A DNA stretch of 64,000 bases from Deltaproteobacteria bacterium (lineage in GTDB: Bacteria > Myxococcota_A > Polyangia > Polyangiales > Houyiibacteriaceae). Under the pieces are notes generated by a model, which had not been told where the DNA came from, searched no databases, and saw only the letters and a program-made list of their open reading frames with translations. The stretch spans positions 1 to 64,000 of the forward strand of contig JAXMNT010000016.1 of NCBI GenBank assembly GCA_034670305.1, in the 5' to 3' direction. Positions 10,528-18,897 of this stretch are shown here, in pieces. How positions within the stretch are numbered: the first letter of the stretch is position 1; each line of letters begins with the position of its first letter. The position numbers were made by a program, and so were the translations under genes.

Positions 10528-13280
10528 GGAAGGTCGACTTTCATCACCGAATCTCGGTCTCCGAAGAGCCTCGATTCCTTCGCGGTCGTTTCGAACACTG
10601 GCCTAGCGTTCCCGACTCCCACGAACCGCCGATGGGCGGGCGACGACGTGGTCTCGCTCATGACACGAGACCCACACACGTCTTTGGGTAGGTTTGAACC
10701 GCCTCGGGCACTCCGAAGAGTGCTTCGAGGGCCCGACGACTCCGAAGAGCTGCCGGGTCATGGGTGGCGTAATTGCCTCCCATGCAACGTTCCATCGCGA
10801 TTCATCCGAGGATGAATTCACGAGCTTCGACCGACGTGTGTGATGCACCCGTCTGGCGACGGGCCGTGCGCTGTTGCGCACTGTGCTGACATACCGTGTT
10901 CCTTCTCGGGTTCCGAAGAATCCGCGAGTCGAGCGGGCACTCGAACCCTTGGTGCGAACCAAAAGTCGAATGTCGCTCGGTATGCCCGTATCCGCTTTCG
11001 CGGTTCCGCGTCATTGGGAGCCACCCTCTGCGTGCTGAACGGCCTGTTTTAGGTTCCGCGCGATGCCCTTGCCTCGTTGGTCCGAAGACCGCCGTTGACT
11101 CGTGCACCCCGTCCCTCTCGGGATTCTCACTGGGAGAGCTTGTGTCACTCACATATCGATGTCTGATGTCTTGGTCGTCGAACTGGCACCTGCACGTTGG
11201 TTCCACGGCCGGTTTCGACTCTCGTCGCCCTCGACCCCTCCGTACCTGTCTCGTCTTCTTCACCCGACCCTTTGCTCCGAGGAGCACTGGACTCGAGGAG
11301 TGGAAGCACCCGCTCGACCAAGAACCACCCGTTCGCCACCGAAGTGACGTGCCGTTTGGTCCCGACATCTCTCGTCGTCTTCTGGTCCGCGCGAAGCCAA
11401 GCTCCGCCCACACTCGATGTTCACCGAACCATCGCGCGATGCGCGCGGTTCGAGTGCCCTCTTCGGTTCACGCTGGGTAACCAGTCGCTCTCCGAGGAGT
11501 TGTCCCACCGCACGAATGCTGGGGACTGCACGCGATGTTCCTGAGCCCAAGTTGGACAAGCCAACTCGAGCGAGAAACTGCTGAATCATCGCCACACCCA
11601 TTTCACTTCGAAATGCCTGGTCCTTGCGCTGCCCGAAGACTGCGCCCGGTTTTCTCCATTCATTTCGCCCCTCCTCTCAAACCCGTTGCCGGGTCTGGAC
11701 GAACTTCCGAAGAAGCACGTTCCCATTGCTGGCCAAGTGACTTCCGGAGAAGTCCCATGGTGGCGCAGGGTTGGCGTTCCATTCGAGCTCGGCGAACCGA
11801 GGAACGAACTTCTTGCCTGGGGCACCGACTCCATCGCGCCGCGGTCTCTCGACCGGCAGCCCAGACGCAGAACGTCTGGTCGAGCGCTGGCGAACCAGCA
11901 CTGCTGTTCTCTCTCGAGAGCGATGGGCACTCGCTTTCACGAACACCTCTGAGTCGACTTGTTCTCTCGTGACGCCGTGTGATTCCCCGTCCGTCGCGAA
12001 TGTCCAAAGACGTTCGCGGCCGAACCCGAAACCTGCACGACCTTCGTTGGCCTTCCCCCGATCGGCTCCTCGCCGGACCGTGTTTCCACGTTCCCGCGCA
12101 AGCTTCTCGCTGCGCACGCGAGACCCGAAGATCTCCGTGCTCCCTCCCTTCGACTCTCTCGAGCCGTCTTTCGAAACGGAAGAGGGTTGGTCCTGAACCC
12201 GCCCGAGCTCGGTCTTGCGACCGGTTCGTTCGTTGGTGCGAAGCACCTGGTTCAACCGAAGTCACACGCGTTGCCGCGTGTCCTGTCCAATCCACGTTGG
12301 CTCTCGCCAAACCTCACCGACGAATCGGCGTGGCTGCCCGAGGGTGCTCCCCCCGGTTGCCCAAACACGTTGCCGCGCTTGGGTCGTGGCTCTCGAAACG
12401 GTGCACGAATGCACCGCCTCGACGAGATCTGGATGCGTCGAATCGACGATTTGCAACCTACCTATTTGTTTTTCAAAGACGCACACCCGCGTTTCGATGC
12501 GGTGTTCTTTCTCGCCGTCCTGCGCGAACGCCGAGGAGCCGAAGCGCGACACCTCGCGCTGACCCGTGTTGGTCGTCCGTTCGCTCGTCCAGCCCGTTGT
12601 CGGGGCCTCGTGAGCGGGGAGACCAACCTTCTTCGTCATTCGCGGTCTCGTGAGCTGGATTTCTCAGCTCGGACACCGGCGAATCGAGATGTTCGGTGCG
12701 TGCGACACGTCCCGGACCGAAGTCGCGAGAGGGTGTGTGCCGACACGTCGTTTCACCCGAAGAAGTCTCTCTTCGAAGTCTTGCACGCGGCCTTTTGAAC
12801 CGGTGAAGCCTCGATTTCGATGTGCAAAGAACACTGCCGCGAGCATTTTCGCGAACTCAGCCCCGACTTGCGTCGGTGGGTGCGAACCCAGCCGAACCAC
12901 CTTCCCCGAGGAGCTTCCTCCCACCCTGGGTTGCCCCATGGTGCGTCCGTCCAACGAGTTGAACGAAGCGGACGCTGCCCCCGAATCCGAATGATTCGCC
13001 ATCCAGTGCTCCCTCCCGAAGAAGGGCTCCCTTCCGAAGAAGCGAGGTCGTCTCGTGGACATCGCTCGACTGGCGCCGATCGACCTCCGCGAAACCAAGG
13101 ATTGGCAAGCCAATCCGCTGAATGGTTCCAGCAAGACCCGTGTCCCCCTCCTTGCGGAGCGGACCACTGGCGGTGACGCGAACGTCATCGCACTCGACCT
13201 TCCTCGACCGAAGTCTCGGTTGGCCGTGCCCCCTGCCTTCTGCGGCTCAGAAACTCGCGGTGTGTGTCCCGCGACCTTCG
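10492..13280 (-). ncRNA. Candidate very large (~2.8 kb) structured non-coding RNA of unknown class
   Basis: No credible CDS; dense minus-strand hairpins with UUCG/GNRA/CUUG loops (e.g. 10708-10723, 11079-11090, 11681-11694, 11788-11801, 11842-11855, 12210-12223, 12265-12280, 12399-12416, 12863-12876, 13148-13159); long-range complementarity between 13194-13203 and 10528-10537; promoter at one end, terminator at the other. 5' boundary is estimated. Confidence 0.75.
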
Positions 13281-13286
13281 AGAGTG

Positions 13287-13345
13287 TTTCTATCCGATGG
13301 CCCAACTCATTGCAAGAAGAAAAGGCAGGTCAATGCACTTTTTTT
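13287..13345 (-). promoter_or_regulatory. Sigma70-like promoter region driving the candidate RNA
   Basis: Minus strand: A-tract (AAAAAAAGTGCA), then TTGACC (13333-13328); alternatively TTGCAA (13315-13310)-17 bp-TAGAAA (13292-13287). AT-rich island in a GC-rich genome. Confidence 0.55.
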
Positions 13346-13390
13346 ATCCACAACACGCCGCGGAGCCATTCCCAAGTTTTCCACAACACG
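13344..13390. promoter_or_regulatory. Two DnaA boxes within a 14-bp direct repeat
   Basis: TTATCCACA (13344-13352, perfect) and TTTTCCACA (13377-13385, one mismatch), each followed by ACACG; 33-bp period. Confidence 0.65.
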
Positions 13391-13567
13391 TCGCGCAACG
13401 CTGTTTTTACGGGGCTTTTGGGATCGCCCCTCCCGACCGACCCGCCATTCAAACGTTTGATTACCGGAAAGAATCTTGTTTGTATCTACGCAATCTATGC
13501 GCACTGATAACTTCCGGCACCGCACACCCGTTTCTTGACCACGGGCTCGAAACCGTTGAGAAATCTG

Positions 13568-14125
13568 GTGGTGCCCCAAGCGCTTCAAACCTGGTTCCCG
13601 TGGGCCCTGGCCGGGACCTTGCTCGCCCTCCTACTGGGCCAGGTGGGCCGGCTCAGACGTCTCCGGAGCCAGCCGAAGCGCCGGATGGAACGGGCCAGGA
13701 TCCAAGGCGCGGCCGGGGAGGCCCGCGCACCTCAAATCCTTCGAGAAGCGGGGTACCGGGTGATCGCCCACCAACCCGAGGCCATGCACCCGCTGCGCAT
13801 CGACGGCTCCACAGTGACGTTCCCCGTACGCGCGGACTTTCTCGTGGCCCGCGGCGGGCAGCGTTTTGTCGCGGACGCAAAGACCGGCGCCTCGGCGCGC
13901 CTGAGCCACCGCGGCACCCGCCGGCAGCTGCTGGAGTACGCGCTCGCGTACGAGGTCCATGGCGTACTCCTCGTCGACGCCGACGCCGGGACCGTGTCAC
14001 GCCTCGAGCTTCCGCCCCGCCGCGTGCACTGGCCAGTCCTGGTCGCCGCGCTGCTGGTCGGCGCCGCGCTCGGCGGCTGGGTCCACGCCCGATGGATCAC
14101 CCCACCCAGCGCCCAAGCCGACTGA
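13568..14125 (+). CDS. Membrane-anchored PD-(D/E)XK nuclease-like protein
   Basis: Hydrophobic N- and C-terminal segments; core GEARA..L...GY, RADFLV, ADAKTG, RRQLLEY fits a restriction-endonuclease-like fold. Confidence 0.65.
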   Translation: MVPQALQTWFPWALAGTLLALLLGQVGRLRRLRSQPKRRMERARIQGAAGEARAPQILREAGYRVIAHQPEAMHPLRIDGSTVTFPVRADFLVARGGQRFVADAKTGASARLSHRGTRRQLLEYALAYEVHGVLLVDADAGTVSRLELPPRRVHWPVLVAALLVGAALGGWVHARWITPPSAQAD

Positions 14126-14163
14126 AGTCGCCAGCGGCTTCGGCTTCGGCGTCGGCGAGGCCG

Positions 14164-15534
14164 CTAACCGAACACGGTGAGCAGCGTCGGCACCACGATG
14201 CCGATGACCAGAAACGCGATGGCGGTGTATCCCACGATGTCCTTCGCCTCGAGCCGCATGATGCCGAGCAATGGGAGGGCCCAGAACGGCTGGAGCATGT
14301 TCGTCCAGGCGTCTCCGTAGCTGAACGCCATCACCGCGGTCGCGGGGTCGACGCCCAGATCGTGGGCGGCGGTCATGAGCACCTCGCCCTGCACCGCCCA
14401 CTGGCCCCCACCGGAGGGCACGAAGAGGTTCACGACACCGGCCGAGAGAAACGCGAGCGCGGGGAACGAGGTCTGAGTCGCGATGGAGACCAGGCCGTCG
14501 CTGAGCCACGCGATCATGCCGGCGGCTTTCATCACGCCAAGGATCCCAAAGTAGAACGGGAACTGCAGCACGATGCCGCCCGCGCCCTTGGCGCCGTCCG
14601 TGACCGCCTTGGCGTACGCGACGACCGACCCCTGCAGGCTCAAGCCGATGAAGAGAAACAGGAGGTTCACCAGATCGAGGTCGAGGCTCAGCGGTCCGAA
14701 CATCCATGCGTCGAAGACGAACAGGAACCCGGTGAGCCCGAAGACGCCGCCGACCCACTTCGAGTGCTGGAGCCAACCAACGACGCCGGAACCCTGCGCG
14801 CGGTCAGGCGCAACCTCCTTCGGGACATCGACGGGTTCTTCGGAGAGTGGAATCAGCTGCGCTGGGTCGCTCGGGGTCAGCACATAGAACAGCACCGGCA
14901 ACAGCAGGACGAGCGTGCCGGTCACGATGAGGTTGAGTGGAGAGAACAGCGTCTCCGAGACGGGCAAGACGCCCGTCAGCGCCTCGACGAAGTGACCCTG
15001 CTCCGCGACCTTCAAAGGCGCCGATCCACTGAACCCGCCGTGCCAGACCGCGAAGCCCGAGTACGCGGCGGCTCCGAGCAGCGGGTAGTGCACCGGCCTG
15101 CCGACCCGCTTCGCGTACCGTCCCATCTCCCGGGCCAGAAACGCGCCAACGATCGCCCCGAGCCCCCAGTGCGCGACGGCACTCAAACAGGAGACGAAGG
15201 CCACCAGCGCCGAGGCACTGGCGGCGGTCGGTGCGCGGCGCGAGAACCAGACGACAACACGCTGCACGGGCGGAGACGTGGCGAGCGCGTGTCCCGTGAC
15301 CAGCACGAGACACATCTGGAGCGCGAACGCCAAGAGCGGTCGACTGGAGAAACCCTCGACCCAGCCCGGCACCAACACCGCCGGGCTCCCGCCCGTCGCC
15401 AGAAGTCGCCAGGCACCCAGCGCGAACACGACAACCGTCAGCAAGAGCGCGAGCAGAAACGGCTCCGGAACCCAGCGTCGTGCACCTCGGGCGAACCGAT
15501 CCCCGAGTCGCGTGACGAGGCTGGTCCCGCTCAC
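14164..15534 (-). CDS. atoE: Short-chain fatty acid transporter (AtoE/TIGR00366 family)
   Basis: LAFALQMCLVLVTGHALA, YPLLGAAAYSG, QFPFYFGI, NLFVPSGGGQWAVQG, GDAWTNMLQPFWALPLL. Confidence 0.88.
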   Translation of the reverse strand: MSGTSLVTRLGDRFARGARRWVPEPFLLALLLTVVVFALGAWRLLATGGSPAVLVPGWVEGFSSRPLLAFALQMCLVLVTGHALATSPPVQRVVVWFSRRAPTAASASALVAFVSCLSAVAHWGLGAIVGAFLAREMGRYAKRVGRPVHYPLLGAAAYSGFAVWHGGFSGSAPLKVAEQGHFVEALTGVLPVSETLFSPLNLIVTGTLVLLLPVLFYVLTPSDPAQLIPLSEEPVDVPKEVAPDRAQGSGVVGWLQHSKWVGGVFGLTGFLFVFDAWMFGPLSLDLDLVNLLFLFIGLSLQGSVVAYAKAVTDGAKGAGGIVLQFPFYFGILGVMKAAGMIAWLSDGLVSIATQTSFPALAFLSAGVVNLFVPSGGGQWAVQGEVLMTAAHDLGVDPATAVMAFSYGDAWTNMLQPFWALPLLGIMRLEAKDIVGYTAIAFLVIGIVVPTLLTVFG

Positions 15535-15535
15535 G

Positions 15536-16903
15536 TCAGTGCCCGCGCTTGTCGAGCGCCCGATGGATCTCACCGAGCACCGTGTCCGGGTCGCTCCCCA
15601 TCTCGAATGGCACGTTCGCGTAGGTCGAGTCGAACTCGAGCGCCTGTCGGTGGTAGGCCGACTTGAACTCGGTGAACTTCAACCCGTGGGCGGTCGAGAC
15701 GACCACCACCCGCTCGTGGCGCTGGATGGTCTTGGCTGCGACGAGCTTCTCGAGGCACGCGAGCGCGACGCCGGTGTGGGGACAGTTGAACATGCCGGTG
15801 CGGTCGGCGCGGGCGACCGCGTCGGCGAGCTCGGGCTCGGTGGCCTGTTCGACGATGCCGCGGCACGCGACGAGGGCCCGCACCGCTTTGGGGAGCGACA
15901 CCGGGTTGCCGATGCGGATGGCCGACGCGAGGGTCTCGCCCGCTTCCATCGGCTCGAAGTCAGCTTCGGTGAGATCGCGGTTCTCCGCTTCGGCGCGCTT
16001 GTACGCGAGGTAGAGCGGGTTGGCCTTGGCGGCCTGGCAGCAGACCAGGCGCGGGAGTTTGGCGATGATGCCGAGCTCCTTCATCTCGAGGAAGCCTTTG
16101 GCGATCGCGGACACGTTGCCGAGGTTGCCGCCGGGCACGAGCACCCAGTCGGGCACCTCCCAGTCGAACTGCTGCACCATCTCGAGCGAGATGGTCTTCT
16201 GACCTTCGACCCGCAGCGAGTTCATGGAGTTGGCCAGGTAGATCGACCGGTCTTCGGTGAGCCGCTGCACCACCCGCATGCATCCGTCGAAGTCGGTGTC
16301 GAGCGCGCACACGAGCGCGCCATTGGCCATCGGCTGGACGAGCTGGGCGGCGGTGATCTTGCCCTTTGGAAGCAACACGACCACCGGGATGTTCGCCGCC
16401 GCACCATAGGCGGCGAGCGCCGCGCTCGTGTCTCCGGTCGACGCGCACGCGACCGCGCGGATGGGTTGGCCCTCCGAGATCATCTGCTTCACCGACGAGA
16501 CGAGCACCGTCATGCCGAGGTCCTTGAAGCTGCCGGTGTGGCTCGTGCCACACTGCTTGACCCACAGGTCGTCGAGACCGACGTGTTCCTTGCCGTAGCG
16601 CTCCGCCCAGAAGAGGTTGGTGTTGCCCTCGTAGAGGGAGACCACGTTCTCGGGCGCGACGTGCGGCTGGACCCACTCGTGTTTGCTCCAGACCCCACTG
16701 CCGTAGGGCCAGCGGGTGCGGCCGTAGCGTTCGTCGAAGACCCGCATCCACCCGGCGGCGCTCCGCTGCTTGAGCGCGTCGAGATCGTGCACGACCTCGA
16801 GCAACGAGCCCGTGGTGGGGCATCGGTAGATGACTTCGTTGAGCGGATGCCGGGCGTCGCCCGCGTCCGCCGACACACTCTGGAACCAGGCACGCGGCTG
16901 CAT
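15536..16903 (-). CDS. thrC: Threonine synthase
   Basis: [17 protein letters not shown] (PLP Lys), [42 protein letters not shown]. Confidence 0.95.
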   Translation of the reverse strand: MQPRAWFQSVSADAGDARHPLNEVIYRCPTTGSLLEVVHDLDALKQRSAAGWMRVFDERYGRTRWPYGSGVWSKHEWVQPHVAPENVVSLYEGNTNLFWAERYGKEHVGLDDLWVKQCGTSHTGSFKDLGMTVLVSSVKQMISEGQPIRAVACASTGDTSAALAAYGAAANIPVVVLLPKGKITAAQLVQPMANGALVCALDTDFDGCMRVVQRLTEDRSIYLANSMNSLRVEGQKTISLEMVQQFDWEVPDWVLVPGGNLGNVSAIAKGFLEMKELGIIAKLPRLVCCQAAKANPLYLAYKRAEAENRDLTEADFEPMEAGETLASAIRIGNPVSLPKAVRALVACRGIVEQATEPELADAVARADRTGMFNCPHTGVALACLEKLVAAKTIQRHERVVVVSTAHGLKFTEFKSAYHRQALEFDSTYANVPFEMGSDPDTVLGEIHRALDKRGH

Positions 16904-16985
16904 GCGGCTGCTTACCGCAAAGCCGCCAGCGAGTCTCCCCGGGACTCTGTCTCCCAATGCACCGCGGTTGTGATACGCCACGGCG

Positions 16986-18257
16986 GTGTCGCGGGTGGCC
17001 AAGGCGCTGGGGTTGGAGGGGGTGGCGCTCGGGCCGGTCGTCCGGCTCTCCGTTGTCTTCGCCGCCGTCGGCGCCTCCACGGCGGTGGCCGACACGCTGG
17101 TGCAGGCAGCCTTCATGGCGCGGGCGGGCGCCGACGCCCTCCCCTGGGTGTTGATCGTCCGGTCGGTGCTCAGCCCGATCCTGGCCTTCCTCTACACCCG
17201 CTACGCACGGGCGCGGCCGAGCGCCTCGGTGCTCGCCACCGTCGCGGTGCTGAACGCGTGCGTGGCCCTCTTCGCCCGGTTCGCGATCGAGACCGGCGCC
17301 GGTGGCGCCATCGCCGCGTATGCCGCCCACGAGGTGGCGAGCAGTGTGCTGACCATGCACTGGGGCATCTACCTGCTCGACCACCTCGGCGGTGCTCAAG
17401 CGCGCCGCTCGGTGGCGGTCATCTACGCCGCGTCTCGGGGAGGCGCCGCGCTCGCGGGCATCGGACTCGGACTCTCGAGTGCGTACGTGGACGCGGAGTC
17501 CGGGCTCTTCGTCGCTTCCGGGCTCTTTCTGCTCATCGCGCCGCTCTCGTTCTACCCCGCACGCCGGAAGCACCACGACCCGCTCGAGCTCGATCCGACC
17601 GAGCCGGAAGAGGGCACGGCCGACGCCGACGAACGCAAGCGCGGTTGGCAGCTGCTGCGCCGGTCTCCCCTGCTCGTGTGGTTGTGCGCGGCCACCCTGG
17701 TGATGGTCGTCGTTCGGATCACGCTCCGATATGGCCAGCAGTCCATTCTCCAGGCCTACGACGAAGCCACCCTCGCCGGTCTGCTCGGCTGGTACACGGC
17801 CGCGGCCAACGGCCTCGGCATCGCGCTGCAACTCTTGCTGACGTCCCGGCTCTTGCGCAGCTTTGGCGTCGGCACGACCAACTTGCTGTACGCCGTGTCG
17901 ACGTTGGTCGCGCACCTCGCCTTTGCGGTGCTGCCCGGATCGGTAGGGGTCGCTCTGGCCGCACGCTTCACCGAGACCGAACTCAAACACGCCCTCAAAA
18001 CGCCCGTCTCACCGCTGTTCTACGGTGGCTTCTGGGGCCCCGACCGGGTGCGCGCGCGAGCGTTCGTGCTCGGGGTGGTCAGCCCCGCGTCTCAGCTCCT
18101 GGGCGCGCTCGTCCTCGGCGCGCTGGTCCTCGGGGACACCGCGCTGCACACGTTTGGCATCGTCAGCGCCGTGCTCTACGTCGGTGCCTGCTGGGCCCAG
18201 GGCAAGGCGTACGAGCGAGCGATGGCCCGTGGTAGCCTGCGCGCGACCAAGGGGTAG
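16986..18257 (+). CDS. MFS-like membrane transporter (Npt/TLC-like)
   Basis: Roughly a dozen hydrophobic segments; '[12 protein letters not shown]' and '[13 protein letters not shown]' resemble the Npt1/TLC-like membrane domain. Confidence 0.6.
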   Translation: MSRVAKALGLEGVALGPVVRLSVVFAAVGASTAVADTLVQAAFMARAGADALPWVLIVRSVLSPILAFLYTRYARARPSASVLATVAVLNACVALFARFAIETGAGGAIAAYAAHEVASSVLTMHWGIYLLDHLGGAQARRSVAVIYAASRGGAALAGIGLGLSSAYVDAESGLFVASGLFLLIAPLSFYPARRKHHDPLELDPTEPEEGTADADERKRGWQLLRRSPLLVWLCAATLVMVVVRITLRYGQQSILQAYDEATLAGLLGWYTAAANGLGIALQLLLTSRLLRSFGVGTTNLLYAVSTLVAHLAFAVLPGSVGVALAARFTETELKHALKTPVSPLFYGGFWGPDRVRARAFVLGVVSPASQLLGALVLGALVLGDTALHTFGIVSAVLYVGACWAQGKAYERAMARGSLRATKG

Positions 18258-18345
18258 ACAGATCGCCAGAGGGCACAGCGGCACCGGGCCACACCCGGAC
18301 CAATCGAGCGGCGCACCAGATGCGCCGGGCGCGCGGCGAAAGCTG

Positions 18346-18897
18346 GTGACCTTCCACGTGGGGGGCCAGCGCTTCGGCACGCCGATCGAACAGGTGCGCG
18401 AAACGATCGAGATGCGGCCCATCACCCCAGTCTTCCGGATGCCTGCCATGGTGGCGGGCCTGACGAACCTTCGGGGCGAGATTCTCGCAGTGCTCGATCT
18501 GGCCATACCACTCGGGTTCGAGCCGTGCCGACGAGATCCGACCGCACGCATCGTGGTGGTCGACATCCCACTCGACGACGCGCCGGACGAAGGACGCCGC
18601 GAGCGTGGGGGCCGAAGCGCAGGCCTGCTCGTCGATGGACTCGGGCCCATCCGAAGCATCCAACCTGGCGACATCGGTCCGGTGCCTGCGACCCTGCCAG
18701 CCGCCGAAGCGGCGTTCTTGCGAGGGGTCGTCTCGCTCGCGGACCACCCGCTGCCGATCCTCGATCTGTCGAAAGTGCTGGGGGCACCCGCGCTTCGAGC
18801 GTACGTGTCCGACCCGACCCATTCCGAGGGGACGGCCCCCTCCCGAACCAGGCAAAGCCTGGACGGTCCCTCCCAGGGCCCACCGGAGTCTCGATGA
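18346..18897 (+). CDS. cheW: Chemotaxis coupling protein CheW
   Basis: TFHVGGQRFG, ITPVFRMPAMVAGLTNLRGEILAVLDL, GLLVD. Start uncertain. Confidence 0.88.
   Translation: MTFHVGGQRFGTPIEQVRETIEMRPITPVFRMPAMVAGLTNLRGEILAVLDLAIPLGFEPCRRDPTARIVVVDIPLDDAPDEGRRERGGRSAGLLVDGLGPIRSIQPGDIGPVPATLPAAEAAFLRGVVSLADHPLPILDLSKVLGAPALRAYVSDPTHSEGTAPSRTRQSLDGPSQGPPESR

Noticed and set aside
10492-13280. rRNA gene (size similar to 23S), RNase P RNA, or group I/II intron
   Set aside because: I could not find universal 16S/23S motifs, the RNase P GAGGAAAGUCC / CGGCUUA P4 pair (only a superficial GAGGAAGGUCG), or a group II domain V; no gene is interrupted and there is no intron-encoded ORF.
10603-13507. The many 70-220 aa ORFs on both strands in the gap
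   Set aside because: Arg/Ser/Pro-rich, mutually overlapping, no recognisable motifs or host codon pattern; best explained as chance ORFs.
13320-13540. Chromosomal origin oriC
   Set aside because: Only two DnaA boxes, no clear unwinding-element repeats, and no dnaA/dnaN/gidA/parAB in the window.
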